A stretch of 25,516 nt of DNA, from positions 1 to 25,516 of the forward strand of contig NW_021836081.1 of the NCBI RefSeq assembly GCF_006345805.1, written 5' to 3'. This DNA comes from Octopus sinensis. Lineage: Eukaryota. Positions within the stretch are counted from its first letter, which is position 1; every line of letters begins with the position of its first letter. Below, piece after piece: positions 1 through 11,814 of this stretch. Both the position numbers and the translations under genes were made by a program. The notes beneath the pieces were generated by a model. The model was given only the letters and a program-made list of their open reading frames with translations. It made no database searches and was not told the DNA's origin.

Positions 1-144
1 ATAAGATACCGTGTTTTTGGTTAAACTGCAACCGCAAAATGTGGGAGTAGTTAGGAATCTAAATCGTAGGAGACAGACACACAACCTCTCTTTTTATATA
101 TAGAATTATATTATATATATATATAATGTATCTATGTATGTGAC

Positions 145-372
145 AGGATGTTGTCTCAGTTATAGACGCAGCAAATGATTTTAGCTCAATAGAGGCCATT
201 GATTGGTTAAAATTCGAAAAATTAAACTACGTTAAACTTACAAATTACAATTTTCTCAAGAAAGCCAAGAGAAAAAAATGTTTTTTTTGACACATTCTAC
301 CAGTATACGAAGTTTTAAAATGTTTAGTTAACTAGAAATTGTGTTGATAACTGCTGTTCAAAAGGAAAATTT
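145..372 (+). repeat. Partial copy of dispersed repeat family E
   Basis: Similar to 1990-2197 (ttttctcaa.aaagccaagagaaaaa...cacattctaccagtatacgaagttttaaaa...tagaaatt). Confidence 0.8.
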
Positions 373-578
373 TAAATAACAAATTCCAACCCTGCTCCGA
401 GGCGAAACCGCGACTCCCCTTTTCCTTTCTTGCTTACATTTAAAACAAAAAAACTGTTAACGAATGTTCATTCAATAGTTGCAGGATCTATTTTTTTTTT
501 CCTTTTTTTTTTACATAAAACGTTTAACGAAATATTTTTCTCGGTCTTTCACAGTATTAAAAATAAATCACGACTTAC

Positions 579-675
579 CACTTCATCTTCTTTTCGTCCG
601 TCCGCATAATTCACCATCGAGGTGCGACGTTCAATATTCACCTCCGGCCTCAGTGGATTCACTCTGTCATAATGT
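579..675 (-). CDS. Candidate exon of an unidentified minus-strand gene (HYDRVNPLRPEVNIERRTSMVNYADGRKEDEV)
   Basis: Non-repetitive, GC-richer segment with one open frame ending at a consensus GTG|GTAAGT donor (573-578 on minus). The acceptor context is poor and there is no recognisable homology. Confidence 0.25.
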
Positions 676-805
676 CTTTAAATTTTGAATTTCTTTTAAC
701 TTTTGGCTGTCCTATATTCCACTATACACCTTACTTCTGTTTGTGTCTTACATGTTTGTGTATTTTGTCTTTGTATTTCTGTAATTCTTGGCTTTCCTGT
801 GATTG

Positions 806-1470
806 TATCTGTGTGTCTGTGTGTTTGTGCATTTGTGTCTGTGTGTTTGTGCATTTGTGTCTGTGTTGTTTGTGCATTTGTGTCTGTGTGTTTGTGCATT
901 TGTGTCTGTGTGTTTTGTGCATTTGTGTCTGTGTGTTTGTGCATTTGTGTCTGTGTGTTTGTGCATTTGTGTCTGTGTGTTTGTGCATTTGTGTCTGTGT
1001 GTTTGTGCATTTGTGTCTGTGTGTTTGTATCTGTGTGTCTGTGTGTTTGTGCATTTGTGTCTGTGTGTTTGTGCATTTGTGTCTGTGTGTTTGTGCATTT
1101 GTGTCTGTGTGTTTGTGCATTTGTGTCTGTGTGTTTGTGCATTTGTGTCTGTGTGTTTGTGCATTTGTGTCTGTGTGTTTGTGCATTTGTGTCTGTGTGT
1201 TTGTGTGCATTTGTGTCGTGTGTTTGTGCATTTGTGTCTGTGTTTTTGTGCATTTGTGTCTGTGTGTGTTTGTGCATTTGTGTCTGTGTGTTTGTGCATT
1301 TGTGTCTGTGTGTTTGTGCATTTGTGTCTGTGTGTTTGTGCATTTGTGTCTGTGTGTTTGTGCATTTGTGTCTGTGTGTTTGTGCATTTGTGTCTGTGTG
1401 TTTGTGCATTTGTGTCTGTGTGTTTGTGCATTTGTGTCTGTGTGTTTGTGCATTTGTGTCTGTGTGTTTG
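806..1470. repeat. 22-bp minisatellite (gtgtctgtgtgtttgtgcattt), about 30 copies
   Basis: Direct reading; the unit contains no stop codons, which explains the stacked ORFs in several frames on both strands. Confidence 0.97.
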
Positions 1471-1805
1471 TACTTGTGTGTCTGTGTGTTGTTCTGCGAG
1501 TTTCGTCTGCGTGTCTATGTTTTTTAGGTTTCTGTGATTCTGAGTTTTCTTGTATCTGTTTGTCTATATTTCTGTGCTTTTGTATGTCTGTGTATTTGTG
1601 TGTCTGTGGGCCTGAATGTTTATGTACTTTTAAGTCCTTTACTGGTGAACCTACTGGTAAGTCTTCCCCGCATCTCGTCATAGGTTGGATTACCTCTTTC
1701 ATGACTTCCTCCTCTCTCTCTTTTTCTTGCTTTCACCTCCACAAACACACCGTCATGTTCTGTTATTTGTTTCTGTGTTTCTCCACCATTATATTCTCCT
1801 GGATA

Positions 1806-2197
1806 ATTTTGGATCTTTTGGGCTTTTTCTAGCGGTGTCATATGAAATTGTCACCCGTAATTATGACCCTAGTATCGACCTATTGCATTTTAATCTGTTT
1901 TAGGGTTAGGGTTAGGGGCGGGGGGAAGGGTATCTTTTTTTTTCTTCACAAATGTAAATAAACTCAATCAGTTTCTTAAAAGAGGGACATATTCATACGG
2001 CACAGAATGATTTTCAACTCAATAGACGCCAGTGATTTGTTGAAATTGCAGAAATTGAAGAAATTAAAGACCAAATATCTTACAAAGTATAGAATTTTCT
2101 CAATAAAGCCAAGAGAAAAAGATGTTTTATAAACACATTCTACCAGTATACGAAGTTTTAAATTTTTTAGTTACCTAGAAATTATGTTAATAACTGC
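1806..2197 (+). mobile_element. Dispersed ~400-bp repeat family E with TTAGGGTTAGGGTTAGG motif (non-autonomous element, class unknown)
   Basis: Reverse-complement copy at 6879-7292 and partial copy at 145-372. Confidence 0.75.
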
Positions 2198-2532
2198 CGC
2201 CATCCCACTATAGCATCTCCTGTATCAGCACACTTGGGTCAAGAGGAACTCGACCTCCAGTAGCTTCTGCATAACTTCGGCTAGAATCCTTCAAAATCCA
2301 ACAAAAATGTGGCTTGGTAGCTGCCAATGCTTATTTGCCTTCGAAGGCTTATAGAATTTCAAATTAAATAAATTCACTGATCTACACTGGAAACGGATTT
2401 TCCTGGGGTTAAATAGCAGTAGCATTCTTCCCTTTCCTGGGACTGCCACATTAAGTTGGTAACAAACCATAACTTTATCGAGCTGCTACTGTATAAGTCT
2501 CTCTGAAAGATTTAGAAATGCAATATTTCTTC

Positions 2533-2537
<5 letters not shown>

Positions 2538-2618
<81 letters not shown>

Positions 2619-2742
2619 CTATATATAAATATATATATATATATATATAAATATATATATATACATACATATAAATATATATATATAAAACATATAAAAA
2701 TATAATATATATAACAAAAAATATATAATATATATATATACA

Positions 2743-2813
<71 letters not shown>

Positions 2814-2822
2814 TATATATAT

Positions 2823-2860
<38 letters not shown>

Positions 2861-2878
2861 TTATATGCATATATAATA
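2538..2878. repeat. (TA)n-rich microsatellite
   Basis: Direct reading. Confidence 0.97.
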
Positions 2879-2977
2879 TGTGTGTGTGCGTGTATTTTCC
2901 CTTGTTAACAATTAGCACGGAAAAAATATCACCAGCGTTTAACTCCATTTTTATATATATGTGTGTGTGTGTGTGGT

Positions 2978-3290
2978 GTGGAGGCGCAATAGCCCAGTGG
3001 TAGGCCAGCAGACTCGCAGTCGTACGATCGCGGTTTCGATTCCCAGATCGGGCATTGTGAGTGTTTATTGAGCGAAAAACACCTAAAGCTCCACGAGTCT
3101 CGGGCAGGGGATGGTGGTGATCCCTGCTGTACTCTTTCACCACAACTTTCTCTCACTCTTACTTCCTGTTTCTGTTGTACCTGTATTTCAAAGGGGCAAC
3201 CTTGTCACACTCTGTGTCACGCTGAATCTCCCCGAGAACTACGTTAAGGGTGCACATGTCTGTGGAGTGCTCAGCCACTTGCACATTAAT
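2978..3290 (+). mobile_element. tRNA-derived SINE family A, 3'-truncated
   Basis: A-box-like tagcccagtgg and B-box-like ggtttcgattccc; near-identical to 4109-4481 and 16727-17098. Confidence 0.88.
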
Positions 3291-3295
3291 AATTA

Positions 3296-3490
3296 AGCTA
3301 CGACGTCACTGGTGCCACAGCTGCGACGGCTTTTGCCTTTGCCTTTCCCTTGGATGACACTGGTGGCGTGGAGAGGAGAGGCTGGTAGGCGTGGGCGACT
3401 GCTGGCCTTCCATAAACAGCCTTGCCCAGACTTGTGCCTCGGAGGGTGGCTTTCTAGGTGCAATCCCATGGTCATTCATGGCCGAAGGGG
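3296..3490 (+). mobile_element. SINE family B, 3' half
   Basis: Matches 3910-4095. Confidence 0.8.
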
Positions 3491-3675
3491 ACCACACAAT
3501 ATATATATATATATACTAATTATCTCTGTATTTATTATCTGTGTCTGTCTGTTTCTCAATCTATCTATCCATTCACCATCCATCCATGTATCTATCTATT
3601 TATCTATCTATCAATCTATACACGCACGCACATACACATATATATCTATATTTATATCTATCTATATACACACGT

Positions 3676-3678
3676 ATA

Positions 3679-3762
<84 letters not shown>

Positions 3763-3768
3763 CATACA
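3676..3768. repeat. (TA)n microsatellite
   Basis: Direct reading. Confidence 0.95.
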
Positions 3769-3769
3769 T

Positions 3770-4095
3770 GAAGGCGCATGGCTCAGTGGTTAGAGCGTCG
3801 AGCTTACGATCGTGATGTTGTGACCTCGAATCCGGACCGGGCTGCGTGTTGTGTTCTTGAGCAGACACTTTATTTCACGTTGCTCTAGTTCACTCAGCTG
3901 TAGAAATGAGTTGCGACGTCACTGGTGCCAAGCTGTATCGACCTTTGTCTTTCCCTTGGATAACACTGGTGGCGTGGAGAGGGGAGGCTGGTATGCATGG
4001 GCGACTGCTGGTCTTCCATAAACAACCTTGCCCGGACTTGTGCCTAGGAGGGTAACTTTCTAGGTGCAATCCCATGGTCATTCATGACCGAAGGG
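3770..4095 (+). mobile_element. tRNA-derived SINE family B, full length
   Basis: tRNA-like head with tggctcagtggtt (A box) and ctcgaatcc (B-box-like); the body is repeated at 3296-3490. Confidence 0.85.
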
Positions 4096-4108
4096 TATAT
4101 ATATATAT

Positions 4109-4481
4109 GTGGAGGCGCAATGGCCCAGTGGTTAGGGCAGCGGTCGTAGGATCGCGGTTTCGATTCCCAGACCGGGCGTTGTGAGTGTTTATTGAGCGAA
4201 AACACCTAAAGCTCCACGAGGCTCCGGCAGGGATGGTGGTGATCCCTGCTGTACTCTTTCACCACAACTTTCTCTCACTCTTACTTGTTTCTGTTGTACC
4301 TGTATCTCAAAGGGCCGGCCTTGTCACTCTCTGTGTCACGCTGAATATCCCCGAGAACTACGTTAAGGGTACACGTGTCTGTGGAGTGCTCAGCCACTTA
4401 CACGTTAATTTCACGAGCAGGCTGTTCCGTTGATCGGATCAACCGGAACCCTCATCGTCGTAACCGACGGAGTGCTTCCAC
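4109..4481 (+). mobile_element. tRNA-derived SINE family A, full length
   Basis: A/B boxes; 3' end cgacggagtgcttccac shared with the 16727-17098 copy. Confidence 0.9.
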
Positions 4482-4833
4482 TATTATATATATATATAGC
4501 TTTCTTCCAAGGAATCTAATGTGCTTGGCTTAGATTTTCCTTTGGGGCTGCCCAGATCAGAGCAATCTCAAGATTAACCAGCCGAAATTGCGAGGATGAT
4601 CCGGTTCTTGACTGAAGATTGAGGGCTTCGAATGTCCCGTCCGTGTTTCTTGTGTCGTCTTCCGAATGTTTTGCGTTCTTGTCCCAGTTTGAATTTTTTT
4701 ACAAATATATATATATATATATATATTTATTAATCAATATAGGGTGGCAAAAAAAAATTTTGTAGAATTCTTTTTGCCACCAGCGGCCTAGTGGGAAAAA
4801 ATTAAATAGTCATAGACCATTTTTAAGTTCAAC

Positions 4834-5097
4834 ATCAACAATCAAGGAACGGCCATAATAGGCCATTCACCCACTAGAAATAACAGCCAAAGCTTCAACC
4901 GCAAATAAAGATTAATTCCGTAAACAGGAGAAAATTTTTAAAAATTTTAAAAATTTTTAAAAATTTAAAAATTTTACAGGGTAAATGTTTTTTAAATTTT
5001 CTCCTGTTTACGGAATTAATCTTTATTTGCGGTTGAAGCTTTGGCTGTTATTTCTAGTGGGTGAATGGCCTATTATGGCCGTTCCTTGATTGTTGAT
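4834..5097. repeat. Perfect 104-bp inverted repeat with a 56-bp A/T spacer
   Basis: 4834-4937 is the exact reverse complement of 4994-5097 (checked base by base). Confidence 0.97.
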
Positions 5098-5110
5098 ATA
5101 TATATATATA

Positions 5111-5319
5111 CTCTTTTACTCTTTTACTTGTTTCAGTCATTCGACTGCAGCCATGCTGGAGCACCGCCTTTAGTCGAGCAACTCGACCCCGGGACTTATT
5201 CTTTGTAAGCCCAGTACTTATTCTATCGGTCTTTTTTGCCGAACCGCTAAGTGACGGGGACGTAAATACACCAGCATTGGTTGTCAAGCAATGCTAGGGG
5301 GACAAACTCAGACACACAA

Positions 5320-5350
<31 letters not shown>

Positions 5351-5437
5351 CATACATATATACGACAGGCTTCTTTCAGTTTCCGTCTACCAAATCCACT
5401 CACAAGGCATTGGTCGACCCGGGGCTATAGCAGAAGA
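5111..5437 (-). mobile_element. SINE family C, 5'-truncated, antisense
   Basis: Reverse complement of about 12800-13150, including the internal CA/TA microsatellite and the gtaaaagag tail. Confidence 0.88.
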
Positions 5438-5824
5438 GTGCAAGTGTGCTTATGTGTGTGTATTTGAGTTATCTGCGTGGACGTGTGACTGTGAGGTGGT
5501 GTGTATATCTTTCCGTGTGTCTGTATGTACAAGTGTTTCCTATGCCTACGCAAAATGGCGAGTGTAAGTATTTTTGGAATTTTCCCATCACAATAGATCC
5601 TGCCCTACCTTGTTACTGAGACAATAATGACAATGTTGTAGATTTGAATAAACAATTATATTCATTCAATTAAATACACCCAGCACATACACATGTGATT
5701 ACATACACACATATACATACGCTATGGCTGCATATATATATATATATACACGCATATTTATACAATGACAACGGTGGGAAACAGGCAGGCGTCTATTTCT
5801 GTATCTACTTCTATCCGTCTGTTT

Positions 5825-5900
5825 TAGTGCCTGCCTGCGTACGTAGTGCCTGCCTGCGTACGTAGTGCCTGCCTGCGTACGTAGTGCCTGCCTGCGTACG
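5825..5900. repeat. 19-bp tandem repeat tagtgcctgcctgcgtacg x4 (exact)
   Basis: Direct reading. Confidence 0.97.
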
Positions 5901-5903
5901 TAT

Positions 5904-6233
<330 letters not shown>

Positions 6234-6689
6234 AGCGGAAAGCTCGACGACGTAAACAAAGGAGAAAAAAAATAACACAATTGAAATAATAAAAAAAAAA
6301 TATGGGTGCGCCTCCTAGCGGATGTTAGTCCTAAGTTGTTGGGTTAATAATCAGTGACACACGGTCACCGACGACAGTTCTCGAGAGGAACGGAAACAAG
6401 ATTACTGTTTGATATACAACTTAAAGGACCACACAGTGTGGAAACTGCGAAAAGGACGAGAGCGATATTACTAATTTGCTCCATGAAAATATAAAGAAGA
6501 ATCGGATTTCGAGTACAGAAGAAAGAAAGAAAACGAAAAATAATTTTAAATAATTTATTCGCTGTCTATTTATTTACGTTCATTAACGATTTGTTTATTT
6601 GTAATATTTAATATTTGGTGTTTTTATCGACCGTCGAAATGGAATCTGTAAGACTGTCATCAACGTTTTCGTCGTCATCATCATCAGCA

Positions 6690-6714
6690 ATGAAGTTACT
6701 GTTATTGTCACAAG
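6690..6714 (+). CDS. Probable first coding exon of the Cys-rich/sushi gene (MKLLLLSQ + 1 nt); an in-frame upstream ATG lies at 6639
   Basis: ATG AAG TTA CTG TTA TTG TCA CAA G followed by a consensus donor GTAAGT at 6715. Phase 1 matches the exon at 16558 and completes a signal-peptide-like MKLLLLSQVFSFMTVQISSA. The link spans a 9.8-kb intron and is inferred. Confidence 0.65.
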
Positions 6715-6878
6715 GTAAGTCATTAAGTGTGATTTTCTTCCTCAGATTATATATCACATATTCATAACAACAAGCGTACGCGTGCATGATATTATGTAAC
6801 ATATGGTCCCCCTTTTTCTTTTTCCCCCTTTTTTTATTTGTGTTATATACGTCAAACTTATATTTTCAGTTAAAATTT

Positions 6879-7292
6879 AGGATCTTTTCAGTTTGAACGG
6901 CAGTTTTTAAAAATAATTTCCACGTAACTAAACACTTTTAAACTTCGTATACTGGTAGAATTTGTTTATAAAACATCTTTTTCTCTTAGCTTTATTGAGA
7001 AAATTCTATAGTTTGTAAGGCATTTGTTGTTGTTTCTTTCAATTTCTGCAATTTCAACCAATCTCTGACGTTTATTGAGGTAAAAAACATTATGTGCCGT
7101 ATGAATATGTCCCTCGTTTAAGAAATAGATTGAGTTTATTTACATTTGTGAAGAAAAAAAGATACCCTTCACCCCGTCCCTAACCCTAACTCTTAAATAG
7201 ATTGAAATGCAATAGATCGATAATAGGGTCATAATTATGGGTGACAATTTCAATTGACACCGCTAGAAAAAACCGAAAAAATCCAAAAAAAT
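6879..7292 (-). mobile_element. Dispersed repeat family E, antisense copy
   Basis: Reverse complement of 1806-2197, including ccctaaccctaa. Confidence 0.8.
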
Positions 7293-7367
7293 ATACGAAA
7301 ATATTTATTCTGTGAAAACATTTGTATATTTTTATTTCAAAACATATGAATGCATATAAAACTAGTT

Positions 7368-8186
7368 AAGGCGGCGAACTGGCAGAAACATTAGCACGCC
7401 GGGCGAAATGCGTAGCCGTATTTCGTCTGCCGTTACGTTCTGAGTTCATATTCCGCCGAGGTCGACTTTGCCTTTCATCCTTTCGGGGTCGATAAATTAA
7501 GTACCAGTTACAACTGGGTCGATATAATCGACTTAATCCGTTTGTCTGTCCTTGTTTGTCTTCTCTGTGTTTAGCCCCTTGTGGGTAGTAAAGAAATAGG
7601 TATTTTCTGCCGCTGCGTTCTGAGTTCAAATTCCGCCTAGGTCAACTTTGCCTTTCAACCTTTCGGGGTCGATAAATTAAGTACCAGTTACGCACTGGGG
7701 TCGATATAATCGAGTTAATCCCTGTGTCTGTCCATGTTTGTCCTCTCTGTGTTTAGCCCCTTGTGGGTAGTAAAGAAATAGGTATTTCGTCTGCCGTTAC
7801 GTTCTGAGTTCAAATTCCGCTGAGGTCGACTTTGCCTTTCTTCCTTTCGGAGTCGATAAATTAAGTACCAGTTACGCACTGGGGTCGATGTAATTGACTT
7901 AATCCCTTTGTCTGTCCTTGTTTGTCCCCTCTGTGTTTAGTCCCTTGTGGGCAATAAAGAATTAAGAAACGTTAGCACGCCAGGTGAAATGCTTAGCAGA
8001 TATTTCGTCTGCCGTTACGTTCTGAGTTCAAATTCTGCCGAGGTCGACTTTGCCTTTCATCCTTTCGGGGTCGATAAATTAAGTACCAGTTACGCACTGG
8101 GGTCGATGTAATCGACATAATCCGTTTGTCTGTCCTTGTTTGTCCTCTCTATGTTTAGCCCCTTGTGGGCAATAAAGAAATAAGAA
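7368..8186 (+). mobile_element. SINE family D tandem array (4 units)
   Basis: Head aaggcggcga.ctggcagaaac followed by four ~182-bp bodies ending in taaagaa.ta. Confidence 0.9.
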
Positions 8187-8274
8187 TAGAACTATTTTCA
8201 TGTCATGTTTAAAAAGTTAAGCTTCTTTTCATAGCACAAAAAATATATAAATATATGAACAAAATTTTGACGCA

Positions 8275-9287
8275 TTTCCAACATTTTCTCAATATTTTAT
8301 ATGTGACTATGGCTTCTACCATATTGTGGGCTCTTATTTATTTGTCCTCGGGATTATCCTTCGACGGATTTCATTATAGAGTGTCCTAGCTACAATGTCG
8401 TGTCCCGTCGGTAGATAATGCCGTGATGACATTTGATGTGGGTGATATCTTCAGAGTGAACTCCACAAAGTTTGCATTGGTTGTCACATTTTACTGCTTT
8501 TCCTGCATATCTATCCCTTTTGTGCATCAGGTACTTAGTTGATATTTCCTGTTCCTGGATTGCAAACGCAGACCCTTCAAAGTGGGAGGTAGTAATCCGG
8601 CTATTGGTCCATGATAAACTGTTTTGATGATCGATGTTACTGTCATCACAGAGCTTTCTACTAACATATCCATGCATAGACTTCTGCTCATTTAAGCTCA
8701 TCCTTTCATCTGATGATACGTTGCGGTAGAGTCGTACGATTTCTTTGGGCATGTATTCTAGGTCATCAGACAAAGAGTGTTGCCCAAGGAGTTGCCTTCC
8801 AAGTCTTATGATGTTATCAGCCTCATGTATGCAAACTTGGTCAAAGGATGCACTTCGACACTTGATGGTTAAAAGATGTTGCTGAAGGGATATGATGCGA
8901 CATTCAAAGGCATTTTGGATCGAGGTTAAGCCTCTGCCGCCTTGTTTCCATTTTAGGTAGAAGCAGTTTACATCACTGTTTATGTAAAAATTATGTGTAC
9001 TTGTTAATATTTTTCGGGCTTTCACATCAATGGCTCGGATCTCATCAAGCATCCAATCAAGCAGCCCAAATGTTGGTATGAGTTCTGGCACTGCAAACAC
9101 ATTTTGGGCCACTGTTTTATTGAATGCAGAGAGTTCTGAAGTCCAAATTTTCTTTATTCGGCTGAGATATTCTTTAGTGACACGTGTTTTATTACAGGTG
9201 CCACTGTAAGATGTATTGTCACCTACCCCTAGATACCTGTTACATTCCTCGTCAGATGTAGGGGAAACAGTCAAATCATTAATGGAG
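8275..9287 (-). pseudogene. Decayed non-LTR retrotransposon fragment (R4/Dong-like: RT C-terminus, thumb region and CCHC knuckle)
   Basis: Translation contains RYLG, ELSAFNK..AQN..A.P, GGRGL, MHGY, EG..FAIQEQ.I.T and CKLC....E...HI. It then frameshifts into MSSRHYLPTGHDIVA (the RHD.V motif). Clade assignment is from motif memory. Confidence 0.85.
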
Positions 9288-9750
9288 ATGTATGTATGTA
9301 TTATGTATGTATTATGTATGTATGTACATATGTATGTATGCATGTATGTATGTATGTATGTATATATGTATGTATGTATTCATGTATGCATGTATGTATG
9401 TATGTATGTATGTATGTATGTATGTATTTATGTATGTATGTATGTATGTATGTGTGTATGTATGTATTATGTATGTATGCATGTATGTATGTATGCATGT
9501 ATGTATGTATTCATGTATGCATGTATGTATGTGTGTATGTATGTATGTATTATGTATGTATGTATGTATGTATGTATGTATGTATGTATGTACGTACGTA
9601 TGTATGTATGTATGTACGTATGTAAGTATGTATGTATGTACGTACGTATGTATGTATGTATGTATGTATATATATGTATGTATGTACGCACGTATGTATG
9701 TATGTATGTATGTATGTATGTATATGTATGTATGTACGCACGTATGTATG
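9288..9750. repeat. (ATGT)n microsatellite
   Basis: Direct reading; source of the MYVC ORFs. Confidence 0.97.
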
Positions 9751-10075
9751 CATTAAATAAACAACGATGGCTAAAAAACGTACACGCAGGACAGACAGAG
9801 AAGGCCCTAATTCTCCAGCAGTTATCAACGGAATGGCAATACTCAGCTCCATGCCTTTATTAATAATACGCATATGGGTGCCACCCGGAAAATTTGCGGA
9901 GAATTAGGGCTTCGAGCGAACAAAACGATACAAAATAAACAAACGTAATTTAAGACGATTGACACAGACGGAATAACTAGGTGGACGAGAAAAATATGGC
10001 CTTTCTGCCAAAATGACGAAAATGATGGGTAACGCCTGGAAGGAATCCTGAATGGATATAGCAAGTCGAATAGCA

Positions 10076-10989
10076 AGAGGCGAGCTGGCAGAAACGTTAG
10101 CATGCCGGGCGAAATGCTTAGAAGTATTTCGCCTGTCGTTACGTTCTGAGTTCAAATTCCGCCGAGGTCGACTTTGCCTTTCATCCTCTCGGGGTCAATA
10201 AATAAAGTACCAGTTACGCACTGGGGTCGATGTAATCGACTTAATCCCTTTGTCTGTCCTTGTTTGTCCCCTCTGTGTTTAGCCCCTTGTGGGTAGTAAA
10301 GAAATAGGCGTCTTTGTGCTAAAGGGCGGTGAACTGGCAGAAACGTTTGCACGCCGGGCGAAATGCGTAGCCGTATTTCGTCTGCCGTTACGTTCTGAGT
10401 TCAAATTCCGCCAAGGTCGACTTTGCCTTTCATCCTTTCGGGGTCGATAAATTAAGCACCAGTTACGCACTGGGGGTCTATGTAATCGATTTAATACCTA
10501 TGTCTGTCCTTGTTTGTCCCCTCTGTGTTTAGCCCCTTGTGGGTAGTAAAGAAATAGGTGTCTTTGTGCTAAAAGGCGGTGAGCTGGCAGAAACGCTTGC
10601 ACGCCGGGCGAAATGCGTAGCCGTATTTCGTCTGCCGTTACGTTCTGAGTTCAAATTCCGTCGAGGTCCACTTTGCCTTTCATCCTTTCGGGGTCGATAA
10701 ACTAAGTACCAGTTACGCACTGGGGTCGATATAATCGACTTAATCCGTTTGTCTGTCTTTGTTTGTCCCCTCCGTGTTTAGCCCCTTGTGGGTAATAAAG
10801 AAATAGATATTTCGTCTGTCGTTACGTTCTGAGTTCAAATTCCATCGAGGTCGACTTTGCCTTTCATCCTTTCGGGGTCGATAAATAAAGTACCAGTTTC
10901 GCACTGGATCGATGTAATCGACTTAATCCGTTTGTCTGTCTTTGTTTGTCCCCTCTACGTTTAGCCCCTTGTGGGTAGTAAAGAAATAT
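10076..10989 (+). mobile_element. SINE family D tandem array (3 headed units and 1 headless unit)
   Basis: Units 2 and 3 are both preceded by the same gtctttgtgctaaa spacer. Confidence 0.9.
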
Positions 10990-11814
10990 ATTAATAACTA
11001 CTACTGCTATTACTACTACTTACACCGCCACCACTAACAACAACAACAACAACAATAAAGGCGATGGTGAGGATGGTAGTAGTTTTAAGCATATAAACGT
11101 TGACTTGATTGAAATGTAAAATTTCTGGAAAACTGGTACAATACAATCCAATGAAAACAAAATATGTTGTAAACAAAATATAGCCAAACAATTATTCTTT
11201 TAGGCGCGCTCAAAGTAGATAATCCTTGACATGCCTATCAAACCGTGACGTCTATGCCGCACACTAATTGACGAAAATATCTCGTTGACAAGAGTGGAAT
11301 AAATGCTAACCAAATTGGCGCAATTACCAAACCGTGATATCTAAGCCACATCCTGCTTGGTCGAAATACAGTTAGAACTTTGCTGGCGCGCTCACAAAAA
11401 CATGACATCTAAGCCACATACTGATTGGTCAAAAATGCAGTTCGTAAGATTCAGGTTGCAAGAACTCATCGGAGGGTATTTAAAGGACAAATCTAACCAT
11501 TTCGCTAGCGTTGTCAGTTGTGGAACACGACTGTTACTACATAAACCTGACGATTGCGTAACACATGAAAGTACTAGTTTATTTTAAAATCGTTGGAATT
11601 TCATTGATTAATATATTCTTCTATACATAAGCTTACAAACTCGGATATATATTTCATGACCACGTGTTTTTGAAAGCAAGCTTCTTCACAATACCGCCAC
11701 ACGCCCGCCTTTAGACTTATTTGCTAATAATGTTTTCTCGCTGTTCTGTACAAAGTACTTACATGGTAATGTTAATTTTCATATAAATATAAATATATAT
11801 ATGTGTGTATGTGT

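Noticed and set aside
672-1832. Long Cys/Val-rich and His/Thr-rich ORFs (237-386 aa) on both strands
   Set aside because: Produced by a stop-free 22-bp minisatellite whose unit length is not a multiple of 3; several frames on both strands are open.
2978-3060. tRNA-like A/B boxes (also at 3770, 4109, 11815, 12713, 16727)
   Set aside because: These are SINE heads, not tRNA genes: no complete cloverleaf, and they continue into repeat bodies.
5576-5586. kappaB-like site GGGAAAATTCC (minus strand) about 1.1 kb upstream of the ATG
   Set aside because: A single imperfect match in AT-rich DNA is expected by chance; attractive for an immune gene but unsupported.
9216-9873. MYVC/HTYI ORFs
   Set aside because: (ATGT)n microsatellite artefacts.
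9767-9913. 46-codon ORF MAKKRTRR... and a ~16-bp inverted repeat (9800-9816 / 9898-9913)
   Set aside because: Too short, no homology recognised and no splice support.
7368-10989. Regularly repeated ~180-230-bp units that might suggest a CRISPR-like or satellite array
   Set aside because: The units are SINE bodies with no unique spacers, and the same sequence occurs as a dispersed single copy.
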